Part shown: piece after piece, positions 1-12,787 of the stretch
Layout: every line of letters begins with the position of its first letter
How positions within the stretch are numbered: position 1 is the first letter of the stretch
NCBI RefSeq assembly: GCF_006345805.1
Contig: NC_043016.1
Coordinates: forward strand, 13,578,001-13,642,000
From: Octopus sinensis
Taxonomy: Eukaryota
Length of the DNA: 64,000 bases
Direction: 5' to 3'
Notes under the pieces: generated by a model
The model's input: the letters and a program-made list of their open reading frames with translations, nothing else
Database searches by the model: none
Told to the model about the DNA's origin: nothing
Made by a program: the position numbers and the translations under genes

Positions 1-731
1 ACACATTCTGCACATGAGAAAGATTTCTGCAAAATTGGTGTCAAAATGCCTGAACACTGCATCAGAGTGATGACATCAAAGGCAATTTTTAACTGGCTTG
101 CTGTGGGTGAGGCTGACTTTGTGGTTCGGTTAGTCACCATGAAACTTGGCTTCATCATTATGATCCCCAAACCAAACACCAATCACTGGAGTGGCACCAC
201 AGCAGTTCAACATGTTCCAAGAAGTTTCAGACCCAGCAGTCATCTGGAAAGATTCTGGCTTTAGCGTTCTGGGACAAAGATGGAATACTCTTCATAAAAC
301 ACCTGCCAATGCAGAATACTACAAATCTCTGTTGGATGAAGTGTGTGAAGCTTTGAAGCAGAAAGCTGGGCCATGGTGTCCTGTTTTCGCAGGACAATGC
401 ACCAGCACACAAATTACATGAAACTCTACGGAAAATACTTTGGTTTTAAAATTGGTAGACCACCCATTTTACTCTTCTGACCTGGCCCTCCCTGACTATC
501 ACTTCTTTCCACAACTGAAGAAACATCTCAAGAGAATGAAATTTCACTCCAATTCAGAAGTGATCGCTGATACAGAAGCCGAGCTGGAGACCCAAACCTC
601 CAAGTTCTTTTTAAAGGGTTTAGAAAAACTGAAGAATCATTGCAATAAGCCTGTGAAACTGAGAGGAGAATATGTTGAATAAAATCATAATTAACTCCTC
701 TATTTTCTTTTACCCAAAGCCAGAAACTTTT

Positions 732-735
<4 letters not shown>
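1..735 (+). mobile_element. Degenerate mariner-type (DD34D-like) transposase remnant, truncated by the window edge
   Basis: Frameshifted ORFs 46-682 give mariner motifs: NAEYYKSLL; VLFSQDNAPAH in a shifted frame; HPFYSSDLALPDYHFFPQLKKHL (cf. HPPYSPDLAPSDYHLF); C-terminal LRGEYVE*. Confidence 0.85.
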
Positions 736-767
<32 letters not shown>

Positions 768-846
768 ATGTGTGTGTGCGCATATATATATATGTGTGTG
801 TATGTATATGCATACATATATATATGCATGTATATACATATATATA

Positions 847-878
<32 letters not shown>

Positions 879-945
879 CATATACATACACACACACATA
901 CATATATATATATGCATACATATGTGCATGTGTGTGTGTCTTTGA
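736..945. repeat. Compound (TG)n/(TA)n/(CA)n microsatellite
   Basis: Directly visible; source of several spurious V/C/Y/I/H/T-rich ORFs. Confidence 0.95.
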
Positions 946-2082
946 GTCTATGTCATGTTCCTTCACCACCACTTGACAATTGGTGTCGGTGCATTTATGC
1001 TTCCATGACTTAGTGGTTCAGCATAAGAGACCAATAGAATAAGCACCAGGCTTAAAAGAATAAAAAGAAATGCTGGGGTCAATTCATTCAACTAAAATTC
1101 TTCATGGCCACAGGTAATCACTGAAACAAGTTAAACATAAAAGACCTTTGGTGTATGGGCCCAGGTCATCTATGATAAAGTGAACCCATGGCAGGCAGGT
1201 AATCGGCTGAATGACAAAGTGTTTCTATTGTTCCAGATATCTTCCTCTCCAGAGAGATCATATTTCTATCTAGCTGAGGATTTCAATGAAAACTTCATTC
1301 CACAATAATCATTGAAATTCTACAAAGCTCAGGCGAACTCCACAATGAAGCATTGCTCTCTGCTCCTTGAATCTGGATGACTAAAGCCCCTGACATATAT
1401 ATCTTATCAATATATATTTGCATTAAAGTACAACTTTGTGGAGCAAATTGAAGTTATTTATGCAGCTCCTACTTCTTTTTTTAGCTGTATTCAGTTATAT
1501 CGATTTGGCCAAAGTAGAACAGGATAGTATTTTTTTAGGACAAAGTTGTAAATATATGTTTGTTTGAAGATTATTGTAAATGTATTGGCAAAAGGTGTGT
1601 GGCCTAGTGGTTAGAGTGATGTACTCACCATCACCAGATTGTAGGTTCGATTTCCAGACCGGACAACATGTGTTTTTGAGCAAAACACTTCATTTCTCAT
1701 TGTTTTATTGCTGTGTGGAGAGCAGCAGGTCAAAGAATTAGACCCAGCATTTCCTATATATAACATAAAAAGTAACTAAAAGAAGTTGATGTAGGATTTG
1801 CACTCTAACCTCATAAAACCCTCACCAACAATGCAAACAGACCCATGAGTTGGAAGGTTGTCACCTGAGTGATGCAAAGGTGTCATCCACCAAGAGAAGG
1901 GTAACACCAACAAATGGTGAATGCTGCAACATGCTACTACATCACATGCCCCTATACTATGACTACTACTGCTACTACAATTGGCAGAAACTGTGAATAT
2001 TGGACTTAGTTGCAACAATAACTTTTTTATTAAAAATTTTTATTAAGTAACTGTTTTACCTGTTTAAAATATTAGACATTAA

Positions 2083-2317
2083 TTTTATTTCTTTATTGCC
2101 CACAAGGGGTTAAACATAGAGGGGACAAACAAGGGCAGACAAAGAGATTAAGTCAATTACATTGACCCCAGTATGCAACTGGTACTTATTTAATCGACCC
2201 CGAAAGGATGAAAGGCAAAGTCAACCTCGGTGAAATTTGAGCTCAGAATGTAACAGGAGATGAAATGCCACTAAGCATTTCACCTGGCATGCTAACGATT
2301 CTGCCAGCTTGCCACCC
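2083..2317 (-). mobile_element. SINE family A (tRNA-like head, central GACTTTGCCTTTCATCCTTTCGGGGTCG domain, AATAAAGAAATA tail)
   Basis: Reverse complement aligns end to end with the copy at 25611-25845; an older copy lies at ~10960-11135. Confidence 0.8.
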
Positions 2318-4305
2318 TAATATAAAACATTAATACTAATAAAAGTTTTTTAAAAATTTTACAAGTTGGTAAATTTAATATCAGTATTATACTTCTCTTG
2401 AAACTCTTTCATCCTTGAAAGTTTCCAAGAAAGCTAATCCTGAAAAATTTACATTTAGTATAAGATGAGCTTTTTTTTTTTTTTTTAGCATGCTAAAAAC
2501 TGTTGCATATTATCCTTATATTTTGAGCAACACAGCTGGGTACATAAAAGATGAAATGGAATTTCTCGTAATCTGACTGGGAATCATGACTTGAAATGTG
2601 ATAAGATGTAAAGGCATATTTTCAATAGGTTCAGCCATGAAATGTAGTCCATAACCTGCTCAAACACTTCGCTAAATGTAGTTAATATTTCCTATAACCC
2701 AGGTGATCAGATTTGTATTGAAGATTGATGAGCAAAATATCTATCAGCTAGCTGATAGTATATGGAAAGGGCAAAATTTCAGGGGGTTGTTAGTTAGAAA
2801 GAGTTCTTTCTCATCATGGGAGAAACAAACATCTTGTGAATGGAATGAACCATTAGTGTTCAATTAAAATGTATCATGTTCTGCTGGTATAAAAGAACAT
2901 AGGATATATGGAAAGAAATGATGAGCTTTAATAGAAGAGATGATATGCTGTATAATACACCTGTCCAATCATTACAGAAACAGCCACACCATTTTTCTTC
3001 TTTTTCTTCTTCTTGCAGCAAGCTGACAGAGAAATACCTGATCACTTAACAATTGTGGGTCCACCACCTGTCGCAAGGTTCTACGAATGTGTAACCATTC
3101 ACTTTTACACTTTCTATTCCAGTAAACAAAAGAAGCATTCGATAATGTGTGTTATTTCCGAACTTTACCAAATATAGTAATCTGTTCCAATCTAAAAATC
3201 TGGCAGAAACTTCATCTGCAAATCAAACTGGAAAATCTTAATTAAGTTGAATATAACCAATAAATTTTTTTTTAATTCTGTGTACAGATTGTATTTTATA
3301 AATCATATACAGCTTACTTCTGACTTGATGATGATGATGATCATGCTCTTGTTCAATGGAGCTGGGGTCAACCGAAATTAGTGATCCCAAAGGCACTATC
3401 ATGCATAGAGCAGACTAGGTCCACCAATGCACCACATTGCTGGCAGTCCCATACCAATCCCTCGGCATGCCTCTGGAGATCTTTCTCAATCACATCCAGT
3501 CATCTGGTACAGGTCCTGCCATGGGGCCTCTTCCAGTCCTTCCAAAAACTCAATAGCAGTGCTGAGAGTTGTATGCAGGTGAAAAGAAAGGACTCAACGT
3601 GGTGCCTCATCAGCTTCTGAGTTTGTGGTAACAAACTGAGTATCAATCAGTAAAAGGAATCAGTCTTATGAAAAATATGAATATAGTACTAATTTGTTAA
3701 CACCAATATTACTAAAAACGTTAACACCAATATTACTAAAAATGTAAATAAAATTTAATTTCCAGTTTAACAATTTACTGATCTTAAAGTTATAAAATCT
3801 CAAGAATAACAGCAAATAAAAAATTTAAGGTGGTCTGAGGTGAGTTTCACATAACATAAATTTACACATGTCTTTGAATTTCAGATTGTTACAGAATTAT
3901 TGAATAACTGTGAATGTATAATGTTAAAAAGATATGACTGTTAAAAATACTATTAAAATACAATAAATTTCTGATGACACATTTACTTGAATATTGACTG
4001 GTAGTAATGTTTACCATACTACCAATTACACCACCAATCAATAAATCATATTTAAATGTATAAATGTTATGTTCAATAAAACTAAAAGGACCTCAGAAAT
4101 AGCCACTTCATGGCTTAAAATTTCAAAGCTTTTCTAAATATATACAACAGGGACAAACTGGAAGTAATTTGTTTAATTTGTCTTTTCAAACAATATTCAC
4201 AACTTTGAGGAATTGTAATGGAAAGGAATCAGATTTCTGGTATTTTTGCATATGAATTTTTGAGTTCTTTGAAAGAACTATAATGTATCGTATTTAATGC
4301 CTAGT

Positions 4306-4338
<33 letters not shown>

Positions 4339-4650
4339 AATCATCGTTTAACGTCTGTTTTCCATGCTAGCATGGGTTGGACGGTTCGACCGGGGTCTGC
4401 AAAGCCAGGAGGCTGCACCAGGCTCCAGTCTGATCTGGCAGTGCTTCTACAGCTGGATGCCCTTTCTTACGCCAAACACTCCGTGAGTGTAGTGGATGCT
4501 TTTTACGAGCTACTGGCACAGGTGCCAGGGGAGGCTGGCAATGGCCACAATTGGTTGGTGCTTTTTACATGCCAGCGGAATGGAATCCAGTCAAGGAGGC
4601 GCTGGCATCAGCCAAATACGGATGGTACTTTTTACATGCCACCGGCACAG
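4306..4650 (-). mobile_element. 5'-truncated RTE LINE 3' end ((GAT)n-tailed element)
   Basis: (CAT)n followed by CGTTTAACGTC...CATGCTAGCATGGGTTGGACGG...GGATGCCCTT and ~60-bp units; same tail as the ORF-bearing RTE at 44570-46770. Confidence 0.85.
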
Positions 4651-5110
4651 AATCTCTATATATTTAATGTGTTGCATGCTAGTGATAGAAAAAAATGACT
4701 CAACAAATGTTGTAGCAAACTTAATATCAGTGAATTATAATGGCACATATTAGATGATGTCTTTAAGTAATAGGGCAGACGGTTACTGGATAATGATAAT
4801 TAATATTATTTACATGTGGTGACAGTAGATGGGAGCTAGAGAAGAGAAAGATCATGGAGGAATGAATGTGTGATGAGGAATATAGTAGCAAAAGGAAGCT
4901 AATCCTATTGTGTTTTATAGATTGTTCTTGCATCATAAAAACCATAAGTTAAAAAAACATTTCATAAAATATATGATCTTCTGATTAGAAATCAAAAAAT
5001 ATATATATATATATTTATCAACAAAAACAATCACTGACAGAAATGGACAGAAAGGTCACAACTGAAAATAGCAAAAAGAACAAAGACACAAAGAGAAAAA
5101 TTTAACCTAC

Positions 5111-5260
5111 ATGTTGATAATCCAGCACCAGCCATTGTTATGATATTTTTACATTTATCACTCTTAATATATTGAGCTACGCCTTCAATAGATGGCTCAC
5201 CCAAGACTTGTTCAGTAGCACTGAGGCTCAAGTTTTCAAACAGGTTACGAAGCCAAAAGC
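5111..5260 (-). CDS. SIRT2: NAD-dependent deacetylase sirtuin-2, coding exon 4 (150 nt, phase 1 to 1)
   Basis: tttacag|GC...ACAT|gtaggt. Encodes (S)FWLRNLFENLSLSATEQVLGEPSIEGVAQYIKSDKCKNIITMAGAGLST, matching human SIRT2 FLRNLFSQTLSL...LTLEGVARYMQSERCRRVICLVGAGIST. The next exon (SAGIPDFR) was not found in 1-5110. Confidence 0.93.
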
Positions 5261-5539
5261 CTGTAAAGGAAGTTGAAATTATTTGAAATTAAGAATGTAG
5301 CAACAAAATAAGATATGTTAGTGTTAGCAAATATTTAGTCCAAGAGTTTGAAGTTTAAATATCATTGCTTAAATTAAATTACTATTCTCAATACTTGAAA
5401 GATAAACCTGAATATTTAGAATTAAATAATTCTGGTAACTTCAAAGTACTACAAGGCTCCATTTCTCAATACAGAATTATCATGAATCACGTCATGAACC
5501 TTTTAACATGTTTTTTCTCAGCTTACTTGGTTTTGATAA

Positions 5540-6600
5540 ATACAAGTCACCAGGTGACTACTCAGAATCATTTCCTCATTAAAAACCCAAAACAGAATTC
5601 TCTAATGAGATTCACAAAGGAATACTGCTCCCAGATCTTAGAAGGTACTGCTCCTTACACAGCCTTGATTGCATTCATAAAAGATCACCTAACAAATTGG
5701 CACAATGTTACCAACACTTTCCAGCCTCTGGCTCAAAAATGTGCTTTCTCCTAACTGCTACAAAGTGGCCTTTGCTTCTCAAATATGGTTGAACTTGCAC
5801 CACCTTCACTCAAGCCCACTGATGCACTCACCTTCCCTCTTTTCATCATCCATCAATCTGCCCAGACCCTTCTTCCCCAAACAATTATTTCTATGAAATT
5901 CCCTACTTTCTCGTGTTTTTCCTATAGCCATCAACTTGGAATTGTTCAAGAACATCAATTCCTTTGATCTCAATAGTCTCTAAGAGCCTACACAGGCCAT
6001 AGAAATAGTCCCTTCCTCAGACCAATCAAATTTCACCTTGCTAATTGCTCTCAATACTTCTGTAGTGAATTGATTCCTAGATTCTTAGCTAGAATTCAAA
6101 ACCCAGCCTAGATTTTTCTCTGAGTTCTTCTTTATTATTCTCAGCATTAGCACTAACGAACTTATGAGAGCCAATGGTTAATCTTTGACCATTTTGAGTC
6201 AGGCTCATTTCAAAGTAGATAACAGATGCAAAAACCCTGTGTTTAGCCTGACTTAATTTAAGCAAGAAAATATTATAAATACAGGACACAAGCTGAATTC
6301 TACTTCTTTCGCCTGGTCCCTGGCCAAAAGTAGCACTTCACGTATGGCTTATCACCAAAGGACTATACAACTTTCACCCTCTCTACTTATCAACACAGAG
6401 AGATAAAACCTGTTACTCTTTCTCTTTCCTTCTTCCATCTGCCTCACACATGAACTCAACTACCTACAAAATGGATAACAGAACTGCATTTAACTGTCAA
6501 TTCACAAAACTTTCATATTGACATTATTATAGCCAAGATATGCCTGCATAAGTGCAGTCACTTCTCCTGGACAATGTTTTTTTTTTCAGCCTAGTTCTCA
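5540..6600 (+). mobile_element. Heavily decayed non-LTR (CR1/L2/Jockey-like) RT fragment
   Basis: Broken frames loosely resemble pre-RT and RT blocks; many stops and frameshifts. Confidence 0.4.
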
Positions 6601-6758
6601 AAATTTAATTAGTCTCAGCATGACTCTTAAGTTATCATCTGAATTCTAATAAATTATATTCAATGAGTCTTCTCCAATTATTGTGGACTCCTTTCATTGC
6701 CCATGCTCTCGTTTTTCTACTGGATCTGTTGAAATGTGATTTCAAGAGAATTTATACA

Positions 6759-7322
6759 ACCCCTATCTTGCCCAGGACATCAATCGTCTGGAAGCTGTTC
6801 AGCGACGTGCAACCAAAAGAATACCCTCCATCAGGCATTTGCCATATCCTGAATGCCTTACTTCCCTGGGCATGGACACATTGAAACTCCGATGTCTGGC
6901 AGCTGACTTGGCAGACACCCATAAAATTATCAACCATCGTACAAACAATAACTCTGAGCACCTCTTCAAACTCCACCCATCTAACACCCGTGGACATATT
7001 TACAAAGTAAGAAAACAGCACAGCTCCCATGACTTCAGGAAACACTTTTTCACGCTGAGAGTTGCTGAAGCATGGAACAAACTGCCGGCATCAGTTGTTA
7101 GTTGTCAGAGCACTGCATCCTTCAAAACTTCCATGCTTCCTGAGATTCGCCAACACTACACTTGATTTTCTCCCCTCCATACACACACAAGCATGTATCT
7201 GACTCATACATTGTTCACTTTCCAGACATTTCTACATTACTGCATGTACTTTATATGCACTTTCTGACAAGTTGTGGTGCACCTGAGCACTGTATACAAT
7301 AATTTCATTATTATTATTATTT
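6759..7322 (+). mobile_element. CR1-clade LINE 3' end with (ATT)n tail
   Basis: LEAVQRRATKRIP...LKLRCLAADL...TRGHIYKVRKQ...RKHFFTLRVAEAWNKLP is a typical CR1 ORF2 C-terminus; the 3' UTR recurs inverted at 21725-21930 and 26040-26100. Confidence 0.9.
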
Positions 7323-7585
7323 TAAAAAGTGTGAAAAATTTTTAAACGAAAGATTTCAAATTGAAGTGATTTCAGTAAACACAGCTACAACTATCTTAGA
7401 AATTGAAATATTTTGCCCAATATCACCCCAATTGTTTGTTTACATTGTAGTTTTGAGTACTTTTATAAGTGAAAAATAATAGTCTTCAAAAACTTAAAGA
7501 AAAAAATGTGTTTATAGACAGTACCACAACCATTAAAAGTTATCTAAAGCATAATAATTGCTGGTTGAAAACTATGTTTACTTAC

Positions 7586-7613
7586 TTGTACTGCCAGGAT
7601 GTGGCCCATCAAC
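7586..7613 (-). CDS. SIRT2: Sirtuin-2 coding exon 3 (28-nt micro-exon, phase 0 to 1): VDGPHPGST
   Basis: tttattgtgtattgtag|GTT...ACAA|gtaagt; its phases exactly bridge exon 2 (ends phase 0) and exon 4 (starts phase 1). Confidence 0.75.
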
Positions 7614-8039
7614 CTACAATACACAATAAATTTCTTTTGAATCAAAATTTTGTTCAAAAATATGTTCTGAAACATAAATTTGAAATTAAGATATCACCTA
7701 AGCATGACATGGTTTATGCTCTTATTTGAATGGAAATTATTATAAGAACTAAAATAGTCTGCAAGCCTTTCTTGAGTTAAATTCGATAGAAACATTATTA
7801 CACTAACAGCTAGAAAAGTAGTTCAGTAGAAATTTACCCTGTATATTCATCAAATAAATGCAAAGCACACTTCAACTATGCAACAGAATAATAAATAAAT
7901 GTTACAAATAGCACAAAGGAGTTTTCTCCCTTTAGTTTAATCCTGAAAACTGAGATTGCAGAAGGTGGGATCTTTTTCTTGCTATTTGGTCACCTTACAG
8001 GACACAAATCAAAACTTGTTAAGAACAGATGAACTCTGG

Positions 8040-8520
8040 AGAGTCAACGGCTATCCAAATAGTATTTCTTTATTAGTATTGCTGCTGATAAAGTCATTAG
8101 TGACTCAAAATAACAGTAATAATAAGAATGAGTACTCTGAGAACAAAAGTCTCAGAGATTACCTTTATGGGGATAAATCTACAAAGAAGGAGGGTCTCTT
8201 TAACTTTGGCTGGCAACCTCCTGGAATGGTGCCTCAATAATAGCACTGATGGTCATGACATCTCGACAACACAGTGTTTTTTATGAGTGCTATACCAAAT
8301 AAGAATTGTTATCACAACTGCGTTCATGAGACTGGATGCCAAGTAATGGTTGCCTGCACAGTAAGTGTCCTACTCTGCAGCAGAGTTAGGACTGCTCGTT
8401 GCCCAGCTACAGTTCCAAAGATTAGTAGAAGATGAACTCAAAACGACAAAAAGACTGTGATAGAATGCTATTGTGGAAGCCAGCCTACCAAAAGAGAACA
8501 CAGGAAAAAGATGTATAACA
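8040..8520 (+). mobile_element. Decayed R4/Dong-like non-LTR fragment
   Basis: Broken reading frames resembling R4-type ORF segments; similar debris at 9100-10010. Confidence 0.4.
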
Positions 8521-8532
8521 TATGGGCCAGAA

Positions 8533-8715
8533 AAATTTCAAACCTGGGTTCTCATTCCTAATAGGAGTGAGAACCCAAGTTCGAAATTTCCCCAAGACAC
8601 CTGAAGAAGGCTGGAGGGTATATCAGCCAAAACCTTGTGTTAACAACAAACAAGGTGGACAAATATCCGTCAAATGTAAATAATGTACATAATTCCTCAT
8701 CTCATAAATATAAAA
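8533..8715 (+). mobile_element. Penelope-like element terminal remnant: 57-bp palindrome followed by a decayed hammerhead motif
   Basis: 28-bp arms 8533-8560 and 8562-8589 (3 mismatches), then GACAC-CTGAAGA-A-GGCTG...CAGCC-aAAAC-cT-T-GTGTT at 8596-8641. Confidence 0.65.
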
Positions 8716-9099
8716 CTGCAGAGAAAAATAAGTTCCCTATTACAGAATAGAGATTCCTAGACCAGAAAAATCTAAGAGAAAAGACAATGGCTATTCCAAT
8801 GGGAACTGAGGGAGATTTCCACAATAGTGAAAGAATATAAACATGATTACATAGAGAATGAAGACAATGTTGGCAGCTTGTCTCACTGAGATGTCAGGTG
8901 ATGCCCGTGAGGGTGCTTGGTTTTCCCAATGCTTTAAGCCTTGCCATCTCCCGCGGTTAATGCTGCAAGTTTGCTGGCTTGCTTCAGTTAGTTCTGTCAA
9001 ACATTGTCGTGTGCAACCAGTTGCTGTGATAAAAAAAAATTCCCCACAAATTGTTTCGATACAGTTTTAACAGAAAGACTTGGAAGAATTAGATGAAAG

Positions 9100-10010
9100 T
9101 TCTCCAGTAATTTTCTTTCATATAAATAAATGTTTCTGTTAATTCTAAACAATTTATGCAAAATTTCATAAATACAACAAGAACAAAGAATGGAAGAGGA
9201 GTCAATAAATCCTTAGGAAATAAATGACAGCCCAGATGAAGACATTTTTCTTTTTCTCTCAAAGAAGGAAAGAATATTACTTTGAAGGAAAGGAACTTGC
9301 TGCAACATCTACATGAGACATGATCAAATGAAAGAAAGTCTACCAACCTTGAGAGGAATCAAAAGAGGAAAACTACATAATGTATTGAAGAAGATGGACA
9401 AGCTGTTAATGAAAATCTAAGCTGAAAATATAACAGACCTAAATGACCTCATATACTGCACGGCATCGGTAGCTGTGGAAATTCTTGGGATTAATAGCCA
9501 AAGACAAAAAGGGACAAAACCACATAATGGAACGAAGACAAGGAAACTAAATTGAATGGGGGAAAAAAAATTTTAGAAGGATAAATGCAATAACAGAACA
9601 GAAGATGGTGAAGGAAAGACACGGGAATGAACTACAAAGAACATTAGACACAAAAGATTATTGGAAGTTAAAGAAGAGATAAGGCAAAGGATCAAAGCTG
9701 TGTCAGATAAAGAAGAAGAAGAAGAAAAACAGATACCAATACAGATACCAATGCAAACAAACCAGTATGGGCAGAATAGGCTGAACAATGAAGAGGAACA
9801 ACAGGGGAATGGGATGCTGGATGTTGAAGCAGCAAGAAGAAATTTGGAGCAAAGAAGTCCACCGTAATATGGAAGCAGATTGGCTATAGCAATTTAAAAG
9901 CGAAATGTAAAGTGGAGCAAAACAAGAAAAAATAAACACTGCAGATAAGAAAACAGGAGACACTTAAGAAAATAGCAAATTGAAAAGCTCCCAGAGCAGA
10001 ACCAAAGTAT
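9100..10010 (+). mobile_element. Decayed R4/Dong-like LINE ORF fragment
   Basis: EVKEEIRQRIKAVS...TNQYGQNRL resembles the pre-RT ELKQRI.A..Y..QN+LF block of R4-type elements; purine-rich and stop-riddled. Confidence 0.45.
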
Positions 10011-12120
10011 TGTGTATGTTTTGTGGTGGAGGTCTCTACTTAAATCAAGGAAATCATTTGCACTTTGTGGCCGGTGAATTGTTTTCCAATCGATCTTTGG
10101 ATAAGTGAAATCACCATTACGGAATCATTAAGGTTATTTCTGAAAGAATTGTTGTGAAAGCAAAGTCAAAAGGAGATAGAAAATCTCAATTTGTTGCTCT
10201 ATATAACTTTGCGCCCCATAAACAAATGCAAGGAAAATAAGAAAGATATTTAATCAATGAAACCAAGAGGAATGTACATTTAATTAAGTCAACGGCCATT
10301 TTTCTTTCAAAGTTCAGAAAGATGACAAAGTGAAACCCAGCAGGAACTCAGACCATAAACAAAACATAATATAAATTCCATAATGTATTTATTAAGTACT
10401 GTTCCAATTCTAACATTTACTATCCTTCTAATAATAATAAGTGGGATATCAATAATTTAAGACAAGTGATATCCTGATGAAATCTGCAATTAGGAGAGGT
10501 GAAGAGTCCAAAATTTTAATTAGGCAAAGTCCTTGATACCAGCCACACTTTTTATTACCAGAAGAAATCAGTCTTTTTTTGATTTATAAAATCTGATTTG
10601 AATTAATGAAGACAAAAGTTATTATTGAAGGAAAATTAATTCTTCATAATGCAGAATTGCTAATAATAATAATGATAATAATACCATAAAAAAGTCTCCT
10701 TTGAAAGTATGTTTGATCATAAGATCCTTATAAACCATTACCAACAAACAGAATCATAAATGTATTCAAGGAAAAGTTTTATAAAGACACAGCAACATCA
10801 ACATTAAAGCAGTATATGAGTTAATTTACAAGCTGCTGGTGTTAATAACTAAAAACTATGGACCCACCTTTGAGATGACTATTGAATACCCTTTCAACTT
10901 CATAGTAATTCTTTCTACTTATATAGGCACCAGGCCTGAAATTTTGTAGGTGGCATTGTGGCAAGTCAATTACATTGACCTCAGTACTCTACTGATACTT
11001 TATTTTTTTTATCTATCTCAAAAGGGTGAAAGGTGAAGTTTACCTTGGCAGTATTTGAACTCATAATGTATGAGCCAGAAGAAATGTTGCTAGGTAATTT
11101 GTTTGATGTGCTGCTAATGATTCTGCCAGCTCACCAAAGCATGAGTAAATGGAAAACAGATAAAAGGTGAAAAGCTATCAATACTGATGAATACTCACAA
11201 AGAAAACTTGACATCAAAGGAAATAATGAAATCACGCTCAAACAAAGAGAAGATTAAATCACCAGTTTTAAAAAATTATTCACTAATCTTTGTAATTTTG
11301 ATTCTGGTAAAATTGTTACAGTTACTGACAGATTTTTACACATACACACACAAAAAAAATGAATTTTAGATTACTTGTTTCTTGGGGTTTTTTTTCCATA
11401 TTTATAGTGCAGGAAATGTTTAGCTATTTTGATCTATTTGGCCTAAGGATCAAAACAAATTGCTGAATTTATTTCCTAACATTATTTTCTTCCTATTTAA
11501 CGGAGAATTAACAGCAAAGATTTTAATGTAAATGGTATAAGACATAAGTACCAATTCAAGACAGAAGTACATAACAGTTCCTGTCCCTTGACAGTTCTTA
11601 AAATGTATATATATATATTGATATATATATATATATATATCACTTAACAGGTGACAGTCTTACAATAGAGCACCTGCCATTCTTTGTCATCAAATTAAAT
11701 GCTACAAATTGTTTCTTTTTTGAAGGAACAAAAATGTACTTTATAGTATCTAATATGAAAAGTAAGAATGGCAAGCAGTGTATATGAGGTCTGAATCTTA
11801 TCAGTCTCAAACTGGTGCTTATATCTTTTGAATCTAATGCAATGTCATTGAACAGTTCAAACAATTGTGTTATCTTACGAGAAAGCAATTTCCTAACATG
11901 TTTAATTTATGTTTTTCCACTGCTCCTTTGTTCTAAACATCTGATATATATATATTTCTTTCATGAAACTGTTTACATTTAGAAATAATTTACTCCAAAA
12001 CATTTTCTTTGAGATCTAATCTAAAGAAGGCACTATTCACAACATATCCATCAGCATTTATAAAAATTCCATTTCATAGTTGGAGCTCAGATTTTTTCTT
12101 ACACAAGACATTGTACTTAC

Positions 12121-12164
12121 ATTTCCCGTGTTCTTTTCGGCATTTGCTTCATCTTTATTATCAC
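12121..12164 (-). CDS. SIRT2: Sirtuin-2 coding exon 2 (44 nt, phase 1 to 0): (S)DNKDEANAEKNTGN
   Basis: tttttctacaattag|GTGAT...GGAAAT|gtaagt; phase fits exons 1 and 3; acidic low-complexity N-terminus as in other SIRT2 proteins. Confidence 0.75.
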
Positions 12165-12429
12165 CTAATTGTAGAAAAAGAGAAACCTGTTATAATGTGC
12201 ACAAGAGTACTATTTCCAGACGATAAAAACATTGCTAACAATTAGCAAATGCCCCACCCCACCCAAAAAATTCAGGTTTTACAAAACGCAGCTATTTTTG
12301 AAAATGATTCTTTAACCATGCTTACCTTTTAGCATTTTACCAAAGAAAACTGCAAAGAAAGCAAATCAACCTACTACATTTTTAAAAAGTTAAGTTAAGT
12401 TAAGTTAATTTTTTGGCTCAAAAAGCAAA

Positions 12430-12605
12430 AAGCAAAGCCATGTAGGGGGACATGGAGTTATGTACAGGGTGGTGTTCATGCAAAGAGTTCAGGCCATTTC
12501 TGGTCAAGAGAGACTTTGAACCGAGCGGTCATCGGCATCTTCACTATCTCGTCCGGCAGCTTATTCCACGGATCCGCAACCCGGACGGAGAAAGCCCCTC
12601 TCCTT
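12430..12605 (-). mobile_element. CR1 LINE 3' fragment
   Basis: RRGAFSVRVADPWNKLPDEIVKMPMTARFKVSLDQKWPELF followed by a (TTAAC)n-type tail. Confidence 0.75.
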
Positions 12606-12658
12606 TTTTTTTTTTTGTATATGTCTGTCTTGGCTATTAGAGTTAAGGTTAGGTAGCT

Positions 12659-12720
12659 GCCATACTGGTGATGACTACTGAGGATGAAACATATGTCCAT
12701 GGCTGGACATATGTTTATAT

Positions 12721-12787
<67 letters not shown>

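Noticed and set aside
1270-1325. CTGAGGA followed by a 9-bp hairpin
   Set aside because: The hairpin uses up the GAAA and no stem I or III can be formed.
2393-2440. Candidate next SIRT2 exon (LAFLETFKDERVSRE)
   Set aside because: Weak donor (gtataa), creates TGA when joined to exon 4, and lacks the expected AGIPDFR.
3696-3743. 24-bp tandem duplication
   Set aside because: Ordinary slippage event with no further structure.
11640-11888. 82-aa minus-strand ORF between SIRT2 exons 2 and 3
   Set aside because: No homology recognised and not needed for phase continuity.
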